Shown in pieces: positions 37,538-46,593 of a DNA stretch of 48,513 bases. Source of the DNA: an uncultured Candidatus Saccharibacteria bacterium. GTDB taxonomy: Bacteria; Patescibacteriota; Minisyncoccia; Phycocordibacterales; DATGWK01. A program made the translations under genes and the position numbers. The first letter of the stretch is position 1. Every line of letters begins with the position of its first letter. The stretch is taken from assembly GCA_964356815.1 (NCBI GenBank), contig CAYHIR010000005.1, forward strand, positions 1 to 48,513, read 5' to 3'. Below the pieces are notes generated by a model. That model saw only the letters and a list, made by a program, of their open reading frames with translations. It did not search any database and had not been told where the DNA came from.

Positions 37538-38418
37538 GATTTGTTGAAACGCGACAAAAACTTTTTTCCATATACTCCCTCAAGCAAACCGAGATCTTTT
37601 TTACTTTCCAACAAAAGGGAGATGTTTTTCTTTTTCATAGCATTGATCATTGTCAAACCGACAGGATCGCCGACCAATTTTTTGAAAAGTCTAGAAAGAG
37701 TCTCGAAGTCCTTTATATGACAATCACCACCAACACCTCGACCAGCTGATGGGTTGGGTTCGATATGCCACTTAGCAATTACCGGATCCTGGAAAGCGAT
37801 CATTGGATCTTTTATAATTAACTCTTTGATATCAGCCCAATTTACCCCCAGTTTTTGAGACAGATCGTACAAAATGTTCATGTATATAGATCTAGCAAAA
37901 AGTGAGGTGTTGTGGACATATTTAAAAAGCTCAGCAGTTTCTGACGAAACTATTTTACCTGGGGCTTTTGAAAGAACGACGATAACTGCCTTAGCTCGCG
38001 CCTTATATGCCAGACTATTTTTTGGAATACCGATAATATTTAAAAGTGGATGAGCTGCATCATAAGCTGCCGTACCCCGACTTAAAAACTCCGGACTATG
38101 CATGACAAAAAGTTTCGGAAACTGCTTTTGAAGCGAGGTTGTTGTCTGTGGAACCAGAGTCGATTTTATGACGGCAGTTGTTCCTGGAGAAAGGTTCATC
38201 AGAGCCTGATGCACGATACTTGAGTCAAAACCTTTGGGTGTAGTTGGAGTGGGCACAGCAATAAAAACAATGCTGCATTCTTTGATTTTTTCCTTATTAC
38301 CACAATAAGGCTCTTCTAGGGCGTAGCGTACGGTTTTGTAACCACGTTTTTCAAAATCGTCGGCATAATTCTTACCAATCCAACCTTGACCGATAAATCC
38401 GATAAGTGGTTTTTTCAT
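37534..38418 (-). CDS. UDP-glucose/GDP-mannose dehydrogenase-family protein lacking the C-terminal domain
   Basis: GQGWIG, IAVPTP, VIKSTLVP, SPEFL, AELFKY, GVGGDCHIKD; only 294 aa. Confidence 0.75.
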   Translation of the reverse strand: MKKPLIGFIGQGWIGKNYADDFEKRGYKTVRYALEEPYCGNKEKIKECSIVFIAVPTPTTPKGFDSSIVHQALMNLSPGTTAVIKSTLVPQTTTSLQKQFPKLFVMHSPEFLSRGTAAYDAAHPLLNIIGIPKNSLAYKARAKAVIVVLSKAPGKIVSSETAELFKYVHNTSLFARSIYMNILYDLSQKLGVNWADIKELIIKDPMIAFQDPVIAKWHIEPNPSAGRGVGGDCHIKDFETLSRLFKKLVGDPVGLTMINAMKKKNISLLLESKKDLGLLEGVYGKKFLSRFNKS

Positions 38419-38422
38419 AGCG

Positions 38423-39598
38423 CTATATTATAGCCGATTCCAAATTATTTTTATACTGCCCAAGATAAATTTCTTGACTTCGAACAACAACTTTACCAAG
38501 TCGACCGTAAGCCTCATTGACTGAAAGATCACGCGTCACAGGATCCTCAATTATTTTAGAGACACTCTTGAAAAGCGCGGTCATGTCACCAATCGGACAA
38601 ACAAAAGCTGGATCGGAGGCGCGGTCACCGATTAACAACTCCCGAGCAATTCCAACATCGGTTGAAACAACTGGACAGTGACAAGCGACCGACTCAATCA
38701 AAGTTAGCCCGTAGCCTTCATAATTTGAAGTCAGAAGAAACAAGTCGGCAGTTTTGTAATACGAATAAATATCTTCCTGCCACGGTTCAAAAACCACACT
38801 TTTATCCAAATTCAAAAACTCGACCCGACGCTTGAGATTATATTGCTCTGGCCCAGAACCGACAATTAAAAGGCCTGTGCGAGGATGAGTCTTCAAAAGT
38901 TTTTGGAGGGTCTCAATTCCTAAAGAAATGTTTTTTTCTTTTGTTAATCGTGATGCCATTAAAATAATAAAATTAAACTGCGGATACCTTTTTTTCAAAT
39001 TTAAGTTGATAGGTAACGCTTCGATTTTTTTAATGTCAACAAAAATCGGCAAAACTTCGGGCGCAACAGCAGGTTTCAGACTAATGACCGATGATAAACC
39101 TTCGATTGTCTTTTTATTCACCGCCCTTACAGCATCAGCTTGAGCCAAAACTTTTTTCGCCATTCTAACCCGCAATCGATTAAGTAAAGACTGTTTAACA
39201 AAATAAGGACTAAGAAAATCGGTGTGAATCTGAATTTGCAACCCTAAACCAAAAGCTTTCTTGAGGCGAAGGCCGACAAGACCAGATTCAAAGGGATCTT
39301 GAACTGTTACCACTGTATTTTCTGGCAAAAATTTTCGATCTTTTATTATCCTACCAGCGACCTTTGAAGCTTGTTTTATATGTAAAAATTTTGAGAAAGA
39401 TTGAGTACTATAGACCCAGACGTTTGGTGCAATTTGAATTTTGGCTGGCAAATTGGCCGGAAAAAACAAATTCTCGATTGTAAAAACCACGATATGGAGC
39501 TCTTTGAAAAGCCTGCCGTATTCGATCTGACGATCTCGAACCGCACTACCCTCTATGAAAAGATTCCTATCGGAACCAATACTTATAACATTGATCAT
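38423..39598 (-). CDS. Glycosyltransferase family 4
   Basis: ASRLTKEKN, SNYEGYGLTLIES. Confidence 0.9.
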   Translation of the reverse strand: MINVISIGSDRNLFIEGSAVRDRQIEYGRLFKELHIVVFTIENLFFPANLPAKIQIAPNVWVYSTQSFSKFLHIKQASKVAGRIIKDRKFLPENTVVTVQDPFESGLVGLRLKKAFGLGLQIQIHTDFLSPYFVKQSLLNRLRVRMAKKVLAQADAVRAVNKKTIEGLSSVISLKPAVAPEVLPIFVDIKKIEALPINLNLKKRYPQFNFIILMASRLTKEKNISLGIETLQKLLKTHPRTGLLIVGSGPEQYNLKRRVEFLNLDKSVVFEPWQEDIYSYYKTADLFLLTSNYEGYGLTLIESVACHCPVVSTDVGIARELLIGDRASDPAFVCPIGDMTALFKSVSKIIEDPVTRDLSVNEAYGRLGKVVVRSQEIYLGQYKNNLESAII

Positions 39599-40626
39599 TT
39601 TGTTTTAGCGATTAGCAAAATCTCCTTACATATTTCGACCCAGCTGTGGGTAAAATTAAAAGCTTCAACTTTTTGCTTCTGAAAATCATAGTTGTCCTTA
39701 TTGGCCAAGAATAAAATTTTTTCTTTTATGTCCTCCACACTCTCCGGATCTACGAAAACTGCGATGTCTTTGAGTTTTTCGTACAGCCCGGTATTTTTAG
39801 TCAAAATAAATGGCGTGTCTGAACGAATAGCATCAAGAATCATGTTGGGGCTAATGTCTGAAATAGAAACTAGAATCACTGCATAACTAGTTCTGATTTC
39901 TTTCAAAAATTCCTCGTAAGGCAAATTGGAAAAATTGAACGATATCGAAGGGTCAATTTTTTGAGCGGCGACAAAAGCTTCTTCAAGTCTACCAAAATTT
40001 TTTAATTTTATAGACCTCGATCCCGCAACAAAAGCCCTGTTAGTCTTTTCTAGTCTTGGCAACTTTTGACCGTAGAAATTCTCAACAACAAAATTTCTTT
40101 CGGAGTCTAAGTCGTAAGCTGTCTCAAAAATTTTTCTCTGCCAATCCGTGCTAAATATAACTGCGCCTACATTTGACAATGTCCACCGCGTAACTTCATA
40201 TATTACTTTCTCTTTCCAATTAAAATTATCTTTGCTCTTTTTGTAAAAAATATTCAACGGTACCAAATCCCCTGTCCTCTCCACATACGATTCCCACAAA
40301 AAATCGCCGCCGGTGCGGATAACTATTTTTTTACCAAGAATTTTTGCGGCTACAGCCGCTGGCAAGCCAACACTAAAAGCATCCAGGGCAATGATAAAAT
40401 CACCGGAACGACGCCCTCGCATTCTCATCTTTAAGATAACCGACAAAGTTTTCCATAGAAAAAACCCATGTCGTATAAATGTCGGAAGATATCGTTCAAA
40501 TGTGTACGTCAAAACCCTGACCGTATGCCCCTGCCGACGAAATTCGTCTTCGATTTCTTTGGCATATTGCGCTGGCCCACCGATAGCGGGCGGATAAATG
40601 CCGGTGCAAATTAATATTTTTGACAT
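39595..40626 (-). CDS. Glycosyltransferase family 4
   Basis: GIYPPAIGGPA, DISPNMILDAI. Start moved to ATG 40626. Confidence 0.8.
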   Translation of the reverse strand: MSKILICTGIYPPAIGGPAQYAKEIEDEFRRQGHTVRVLTYTFERYLPTFIRHGFFLWKTLSVILKMRMRGRRSGDFIIALDAFSVGLPAAVAAKILGKKIVIRTGGDFLWESYVERTGDLVPLNIFYKKSKDNFNWKEKVIYEVTRWTLSNVGAVIFSTDWQRKIFETAYDLDSERNFVVENFYGQKLPRLEKTNRAFVAGSRSIKLKNFGRLEEAFVAAQKIDPSISFNFSNLPYEEFLKEIRTSYAVILVSISDISPNMILDAIRSDTPFILTKNTGLYEKLKDIAVFVDPESVEDIKEKILFLANKDNYDFQKQKVEAFNFTHSWVEICKEILLIAKTK

Positions 40627-40694
40627 GAGTTTTAAATCGCCCCAACTACCTAACTTCAACTGTCGGCGGCTGTCCTAAACTGCCCGCGGTTGTC

Positions 40695-41855
40695 CTAAAC
40701 CTTCGAAAATATCTTAATCTCCATATCCTTAGCGATATTCTCCCAGTTGTATTCGGAAATGGCCAACTCGCGGCCCTTGGTGATGACTTTGGAGCGCAAA
40801 TCGGCGTCCTCCAGAAGGGTCATAACGCTTGACGCCAGACTAACATGATTGTCGACTTCACAAAATAGGCCGGTTTCGCCGTGGGTCAGAAAGTCGGGGA
40901 TGCCACCCACATTGGTAGCAATAACGGGCAAACCAGCCGCCATGGCCTCTATAAACGAGTTTCCTAGGCCCTCAGAGCGCGAAGGACGGACGAATACATC
41001 AGCGACCTTCAAATACTTGGGCATGTCTTCATGAGAAATAAACCCCAGAAAAACCACCCGTTTTTCAACCTCCAAATTAAAAGCTAGATTCTTTAATTCA
41101 CCCTCAAGTTCACCCTCGCCGAGCACCAAAAGACTGACATTTTCCGGCAAAAGAGGCAAAGCGCGGATCACAGTGTCGACACCATTCTTCACAACTAGCC
41201 TAGAAGTTGTGACGAGCCAACGATCACCCAAAATTTTGCCGACCGTTTGTTTTAAGTTTTCAATTTCATCGACAGAATATTCGCGTGCAAATAGCCCGGT
41301 ATCGACACCGTTTTGAATGACATGGATCGGCGCGGTGGCACCAAAATCGCGCGCCATGCCGGCGAGAAAGTTGGAAATTGTTTGAATAACATTCGCCCTT
41401 TTAAAAATCATCAGAAAAAGCGGGTGAGCAATCCACGCGCGTCTTTTTAAATGTTCAATCGGATCACCCTCTTGAAGCGTGAGAATAAATTTCACTTGCG
41501 GTTTTAGAAAGGTGAAGAAAAGTGTCGCGAAACCAGCGTACTCAGCCATAATCGACCACGCGGCCGAAAAATGTAGCCGATGATGAAGACGCAAAGCTTT
41601 GAGCGTGCCGAGTATCGGAAAAAAATATTTGGCAATTTTCCAACCCGTCGCTTCGCCGATCGCGCCTAGTGCACGACCCACTCGATAGACATGCACATCA
41701 TCGATCTTTTCGTAAGCTTTTTCTTTACCGTTTAAATTGACGGTCACTAAATGAAACTCGACGCCAGTTATTCGCCGCGCAATTTCACGAACAGCAATTT
41801 CTGCACCGCCCACAAATGGATAGTATGCGACTGAAAAAATTATTATTCTCTTCAT
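40695..41855 (-). CDS. Glycosyltransferase family 4
   Basis: YYPFVGGAE, SRLVVKNG, PSRSEGLGNSFIEAMAAGLPV. Confidence 0.92.
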   Translation of the reverse strand: MKRIIIFSVAYYPFVGGAEIAVREIARRITGVEFHLVTVNLNGKEKAYEKIDDVHVYRVGRALGAIGEATGWKIAKYFFPILGTLKALRLHHRLHFSAAWSIMAEYAGFATLFFTFLKPQVKFILTLQEGDPIEHLKRRAWIAHPLFLMIFKRANVIQTISNFLAGMARDFGATAPIHVIQNGVDTGLFAREYSVDEIENLKQTVGKILGDRWLVTTSRLVVKNGVDTVIRALPLLPENVSLLVLGEGELEGELKNLAFNLEVEKRVVFLGFISHEDMPKYLKVADVFVRPSRSEGLGNSFIEAMAAGLPVIATNVGGIPDFLTHGETGLFCEVDNHVSLASSVMTLLEDADLRSKVITKGRELAISEYNWENIAKDMEIKIFSKV

Positions 41856-43795
41856 TATTTCTCTGTCGCGCGTTCTGTCGAGCCGAGGACCTTTCGCAAC
41901 AATTCTTCCGGCACTTCTTTTTGAGCTTCTTTTTTCGGCGGAGTTTGCGGCGCAGATTGCGGAGTTGGGGCCGATGGTTTTTGCGGACTCTGGGCCGGTC
42001 GATTTTCTACCTTCTTCTCGTGTTGAGATTTTTCCACAATGCCTTTGAGCGCCTCTTTAAGGTCGGAAAGATTTTTGCCACCCGGACCTTTATCTTTTCT
42101 TAAAGCATCTAGTGATATCGGCGGCTTAGTAGGAGTGACGGGGCCAGCAGGGCTGATTGAGTTGATCGGACGAACTGACGGCCTATGAGTGGCCTGATTT
42201 GTGTGGGTGACGGTAGCAGCTGGAGCAACTGGGGCAGTGTGGGGATGTGGAGCTGGACGATGATGTGTGGGCGCTGGATGAGGGGCTGGGGCTGGAGCGT
42301 GGGCGACAGCCGGTTTGACTGGAACAACTGGAGTCGCCGCCGGTACTGGAGCCGAAGTCACCGGAGCAGCTGGTCGCGGCGCAGAATGTGGAGCTGAGTG
42401 CGCGGGCGTTGGCGCCGCGGGTGACGCCGAAGAACTCGCCGCGGGTTTCGGTGGCAACTTTTTTTCCTCGCTCGAAGCAGGGCGTGGAGGTGGAGCAGGA
42501 CGAGCAACGGGCGCATGCCATTTGCGAATCGTTTCGTCTACCTCGGCGCGCGGATTGGCAAATTGTTCGCGCGATTTTTCGATGATGTCGTTGCGGAAAG
42601 AAATGTCGGGCTTTTTAATTGGCGGTAAAGTGGCGGCAGAAAAAGGTGGCGAAGTGACGCCGTCGATCATGAGCTTCAAATATGTTTGGACGAAACCGAG
42701 GTTGACCAAATCTTCAGCGGTGAATGTGGGTGCAAATTCTTTTTCGAGTACCTCAGCATCGTAAGCGCCAACGCGGAACGTAATCATCGTGCCCACGTTG
42801 CCGAAAACTGCGGCGCGCACTTCTTCCGACATTTGTTCTATATATTGATGCGCAACAGTAAGACTCAACTTATATTTTCGTGCCTCGGAAAGAATGTCAG
42901 CGAAAGATTCATTGGCAAAGTTTTGAAATTCGTCGACGAAAAGATAGAGCGGCGGCAGAGTTTTGAGTTTAGACTCAGTGACATCTGCACGCGAAAGTGC
43001 AGCGAGGAAAATTTTTGTGATGATCATACTGCCGAGCAAATTGGCATTGGCCTCACCTACTCTTCCCTTCGAAAGATTGATGATCATAATTTTTTTCTCA
43101 TCCATGATCTTGCGAATATCAAAGCTCGACTTTGGCTGGCCAATAATATTTCGCACCAAAGGATTGGAAACGAACTGGCCGATTTTGTTTTGAATGGCCG
43201 CGCCGGCTTCCTGCATGTATTTTTCGCCGTACTTGGCAAACTCGTCTACCCAAAAAGATTTTACAGATGGATCGGAAATATTATCCACCACGAGTTTGCG
43301 ATAATCTTTGTCTGAAAGCATTCTGTTCACACCAATGAGCGTCGAGTCTGGATACTCAAGAAGCGCGAGCAAAATGTTGTTCAAAATATATTCCATTCTG
43401 GCCGACCATGCGTCAACCCAGATTTTTTTAAACGCACTCATGAGTCCGTTGGCTACCAAATGGCGTTTGTTTGGCCCGACATCTTCCATGACGTTGAAAG
43501 AAATTGGAAACTCAGTGTCGAACGGCGCGAAATACACAACATCTTTTATTCTGTGTTGCGGCACATATTCGAGCAAAAGATCGGCTGTTTTACCGTGAGG
43601 ATCTATAAACGCAATGCCTTCGCCGTTTTGAATATCCTGCACCGCCATATTTTCAAGAAGAGTCGACTTACCCATGCCCGTTTTGCCGATCACGTACATA
43701 TGACGCGAACGATCCTTATTTTTTATACCAAACGGCATTCGCTTATTTCGCGAGTCGGTTTCGCCAAAATATGTGATTTTCTCGTCGTTGTTCAT
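41855..43795 (-). CDS. VirD4/TraD-like (type IV coupling protein/HerA-FtsK superfamily) ATPase with Pro/Ala/His-rich tail
   Basis: Walker A GKTGMGKS, IDPHG, Walker B LFVDEFQNF, EARKYKL..AHQY; low-complexity C-terminal ~200 aa. Confidence 0.85.
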   Translation of the reverse strand: MNNDEKITYFGETDSRNKRMPFGIKNKDRSRHMYVIGKTGMGKSTLLENMAVQDIQNGEGIAFIDPHGKTADLLLEYVPQHRIKDVVYFAPFDTEFPISFNVMEDVGPNKRHLVANGLMSAFKKIWVDAWSARMEYILNNILLALLEYPDSTLIGVNRMLSDKDYRKLVVDNISDPSVKSFWVDEFAKYGEKYMQEAGAAIQNKIGQFVSNPLVRNIIGQPKSSFDIRKIMDEKKIMIINLSKGRVGEANANLLGSMIITKIFLAALSRADVTESKLKTLPPLYLFVDEFQNFANESFADILSEARKYKLSLTVAHQYIEQMSEEVRAAVFGNVGTMITFRVGAYDAEVLEKEFAPTFTAEDLVNLGFVQTYLKLMIDGVTSPPFSAATLPPIKKPDISFRNDIIEKSREQFANPRAEVDETIRKWHAPVARPAPPPRPASSEEKKLPPKPAASSSASPAAPTPAHSAPHSAPRPAAPVTSAPVPAATPVVPVKPAVAHAPAPAPHPAPTHHRPAPHPHTAPVAPAATVTHTNQATHRPSVRPINSISPAGPVTPTKPPISLDALRKDKGPGGKNLSDLKEALKGIVEKSQHEKKVENRPAQSPQKPSAPTPQSAPQTPPKKEAQKEVPEELLRKVLGSTERATEK

Positions 43796-43803
43796 GGAGA
43801 TTG

Positions 43804-43955
43804 TTTAAAAAAATTATAACACATAGCGTTCTCATATGTACTCTGAAGTAACCGGCGTAGATTTCTGCTGAAATCTCGCCTCACTCTCAGCCCGTCGGCT
43901 TCCGAGAGTTACTTCAGAGTACATATGAGAACTTTTGAGTTTATAATTTTTTAAA
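43804..43955. repeat. Y-shaped inverted-repeat element, copy 1
   Basis: Perfect 25-bp arms 43828-43852 / 43908-43932 around a 55-nt two-hairpin core; additional AT-rich outer arms. Confidence 0.85.
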
Positions 43956-43989
43956 AAGAAAAAACCCGTCACATCTGAGATGCAACGGG
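43953..43989 (-). terminator. Intrinsic terminator of the PEP-CTERM-like gene
   Basis: CCCGU..CAUC-UCA-GAUG..ACGGG followed by a long U tract. Confidence 0.6.
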
Positions 43990-44035
43990 CTTGAGATTTG
44001 GCTTTTGAATCGGAGCCTACCGACCGGCGCGGCGT

Positions 44036-44707
44036 TTAGCGGCGACGGCGACAAAACATGCACACGCTGACAAACACGAGGCCGGCGGTACCCGGAGTGG
44101 GTACGAACGGTGCGCCGAGGCGATCGCCTTCAGCGCCAGGGCCGAAGGAACCGTAGAAGTCGAGACTGAAGTAGAAGAAAGTAACATCAGGCTCACCCTC
44201 AGTGCTCAAGACCTGCTCGTCGTAGTGCAAAAGCACTGAAGACAAATTGAATGGCAACACGCTGATGAAGGCGTAGCCGGTGTTGAAGGACACGTTGTTG
44301 TGATCCAGACCAGCATACAGCTGGTTCTGCTGGTACAACGATACACCACCAAGATTTAGATCCAGAGACGAATTGTGCTCGTGAGTGTTGAGATCGCTGT
44401 TCTTGAAACCACTGATGCTCAGCGACCCATAACCCTCGCTTGAATCTTCCGACCAGGTGGAGAAAGACGTATTCACCTGATGGATCTCGTGAACACGACT
44501 CGTCACAGAGAGATCGACGTAGATCTTCCTGTGGTCGTTCTCGGAGCTAGAAATCTGCCCATAGAAACCGCCGAAGTTGAACGAGCTGGAGGAGTACGAT
44601 CCGTATTGCGGCGCCCCCATCGCCTTCCCAGGCACCCCGCCGAAGCAGAGCGCGTAGAGGAACGAGATGACGATCGAGGCAACCAGACCGAACTTGGAAA
44701 TCTTCAT
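44036..44707 (-). CDS. Secreted protein with PEP-CTERM-like sorting signal (VPTPG-TM-RRRR)
   Basis: ATG 44707 with AAGGAG RBS; N-terminal signal peptide MKISKFGLVASIVISFLYALCFGG; C-terminus FVPTPGTAGLVFVSVCMFCRRRR. Confidence 0.75.
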   Translation of the reverse strand: MKISKFGLVASIVISFLYALCFGGVPGKAMGAPQYGSYSSSSFNFGGFYGQISSSENDHRKIYVDLSVTSRVHEIHQVNTSFSTWSEDSSEGYGSLSISGFKNSDLNTHEHNSSLDLNLGGVSLYQQNQLYAGLDHNNVSFNTGYAFISVLPFNLSSVLLHYDEQVLSTEGEPDVTFFYFSLDFYGSFGPGAEGDRLGAPFVPTPGTAGLVFVSVCMFCRRRR

Positions 44708-44816
44708 TGAGAAACTCCTTCTGTGTTGTGGGTCAACTAGACCCTTGTGAGGTACAAATGTGAGGCTATACAGCCCCAGAAACACGAAATCGGCTACACA
44801 GCCGACTTACCCCTAT

Positions 44817-44845
44817 ATACTAGCATATGTGGAGGGAATTGTCAA
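44817..44845 (-). promoter_or_regulatory. Sigma70-type promoter of the PEP-CTERM-like gene
   Basis: TTGACA-N17-TAGTAT with TG-C extended -10. Confidence 0.65.
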
Positions 44846-44858
44846 TGGCAAAGGGTAA

Positions 44859-45857
44859 TGTGCACACACATATGGCGGTTTCTCCTAGAATGGAGGAATG
44901 AGCATATGTATGGCTAAAACAATCAAAGAAGAGCGGGTAAGATGGGTCCTACCCATCATTAGGAAAGAGGTGAAATTAGTGGATGTAGCAAAGGTCTGCC
45001 CGCATGGTAAAAGAAGTCTGGAGCGTTGGGTGGCGACATACAGAATCGGTGGTGAGAGTGCACTTGAACCTAAGTCGACCGAACCTAAAACTCAACCAAA
45101 GGAAACAACGATCAGGATCAAGGAGAGAATTGTAGAGATCAGAAGACAAACAAAGAAGTGTGCCCTAAAGATACACTGGCAACTCCAAAAGGAAGGTATC
45201 GAAATTGACGAGAGAACGATTGGAAAGATCCTGAAGAAGGAAGGACTGGTCAGAAAGTATCGAGTGAGAAAGATCACATACAAGTACATTAGAGCCATAC
45301 GAAAACCTGGGGATCTAATTGAGATCGATGTGAAGTATGTGCCAGGACACATTGCAGGTAGGCAGTATTTTCAATACACAGCCATTGATACAGCTTCTCG
45401 CTGGAGACATTTACTGGTGTACGACGAACAAACCACACATCACTCGATTGCATTCCTTGAAGAAGTGATGGGTTTGTTTCCTCATCGAATCCAAGCAATC
45501 AAAACTGACAACGGTAGCATTTTCACCAACTACTACCTCGGCACCAACAAACGAAGTGATGTTACAGTCAAAACACTCCACGCACTCGATGTCTTTTGTC
45601 AGCAAAACAATATCATCCATTACCTGATTGATCCGGGTAAACCTGCACAGAATGGAACCGTAGAGAGAAGTCATCGTGAAGATCAGGAGAAATTCTACGA
45701 TCAGAACAAGTTCAGAAACATCTGGCACTTGCGAGATGGTATCAAGAGATGGAATACTTACTACAACAATCTTGAGCACTGCGGATTGGGTGGCAAGACA
45801 CCGAATGAATTTCTTGCCAATTATTCAAAAACTAATCCGCCATATGTGTGTACCTAA
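44859..45857 (+). mobile_element. IS481-like insertion sequence
   Basis: Single transposase ORF bracketed by perfect 15-bp inverted repeats ACACACATATGGCGG (44864-44878) / CCGCCATATGTGTGT (45837-45851); left end begins TGT; no clear target-site duplication. Confidence 0.8.
44898..45857 (+). CDS. DDE transposase (IS481-like; HTH + rve integrase core)
   Basis: IEIDVKY (D), KTDNGSIF (D), QNGTVERSH (E); the ORF ends in and just past the right inverted repeat. ATG 44910 is an alternative start. Confidence 0.9.
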   Translation: MSICMAKTIKEERVRWVLPIIRKEVKLVDVAKVCPHGKRSLERWVATYRIGGESALEPKSTEPKTQPKETTIRIKERIVEIRRQTKKCALKIHWQLQKEGIEIDERTIGKILKKEGLVRKYRVRKITYKYIRAIRKPGDLIEIDVKYVPGHIAGRQYFQYTAIDTASRWRHLLVYDEQTTHHSIAFLEEVMGLFPHRIQAIKTDNGSIFTNYYLGTNKRSDVTVKTLHALDVFCQQNNIIHYLIDPGKPAQNGTVERSHREDQEKFYDQNKFRNIWHLRDGIKRWNTYYNNLEHCGLGGKTPNEFLANYSKTNPPYVCT

Positions 45858-45911
45858 AACAAAAGTGAACCGTAACGACAAAAGTCTTATTCTAGGGCGT
45901 TTTTTCACCTT

Positions 45912-46187
45912 TTACTCATACAACTCACTATGAGATCCAATAGAGTCAAATCGCACGATGTTTGTGCCGTCCTTATCTTTATTCATCTCTTTATACACAG
46001 CTCGAATGTCAGCGGTGATATCAATACTCCTGTATCCAGTCCATTCTCCGGCGAGATGATGATTGTTTAGATGGCGATCCCTCGGATTGGTCGTGAATAG
46101 ACGCAGTTTTTCTAAGGCTCTATCTTTAATTTTTTTTGACAACTTTCTAAATTGTTTTTCGAAATTCTTTGACAGAAAATACTGCAT
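45912..46187 (-). CDS. YafQ/RelE-superfamily toxin (mRNA interferase)
   Basis: LNNHHLAGEWTGYRSIDITADIRAVY..IGSHSELY. Confidence 0.85.
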   Translation of the reverse strand: MQYFLSKNFEKQFRKLSKKIKDRALEKLRLFTTNPRDRHLNNHHLAGEWTGYRSIDITADIRAVYKEMNKDKDGTNIVRFDSIGSHSELYE

Positions 46188-46208
46188 GACTGTGAAAAAG
46201 TGTCTTGT

Positions 46209-46496
46209 CTAAAGTTTTTTAAGCCTAGCGAGAAATTTTTGACTGGTAAAAGGACCGAGGGCTTCGCCGCGAGCATATTCCGCGTTTGCGTCTTTAAGAA
46301 TTTTTTGAAGATATGGGGTTGGCTTGAGTTTGTTGGCAGAAAGAGTTATTTCTTTTTCGCGAACAAATTGCTTAAGAAAGGCATTGATAGCCGTACTTAA
46401 AGGCAGGCCTAATTCTTCGGCTGTTTCCCGAGCAGCTATTTTCAAACTTTTTTCAGTTTTTATATTTAATATGGTTTTGGTGTTCATAGATTTCAT
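46209..46496 (-). CDS. RelB/DinJ-family antitoxin
   Basis: ARETAEELGLPLSTAINAFLKQFVREKEI ribbon-helix-helix pattern. Start moved to ATG 46496, 7 nt after TATAAT. Confidence 0.85.
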   Translation of the reverse strand: MKSMNTKTILNIKTEKSLKIAARETAEELGLPLSTAINAFLKQFVREKEITLSANKLKPTPYLQKILKDANAEYARGEALGPFTSQKFLARLKKL

Positions 46497-46531
46497 ATAC
46501 CACATTATATACAATGGTATAAACTGGTCAA
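46496..46531 (-). promoter_or_regulatory. TA promoter with overlapping palindromic operator
   Basis: TTGACC-N16-TATAAT; TATACCA-N12-TGGTATA inverted repeat flanks the -10. Confidence 0.6.
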
Positions 46532-46593
46532 CCATACCTGTAATTCATTCTTGTAATTTTCGCGATTATAGCAAAAGAAATCGTCAACAGAAC

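Noticed and set aside
42102-42764. Several overlapping plus-strand ORFs (Gly/Ser/Trp-rich)
   Set aside because: Antisense shadows of the GC-rich Pro/Ala low-complexity tail of the ATPase.
44019-44028. CCGACCGG as an att-site remnant of the tRNA-Asp 3' end
   Set aside because: Only 8 nt match, there is no integrase, and it is expected by chance.
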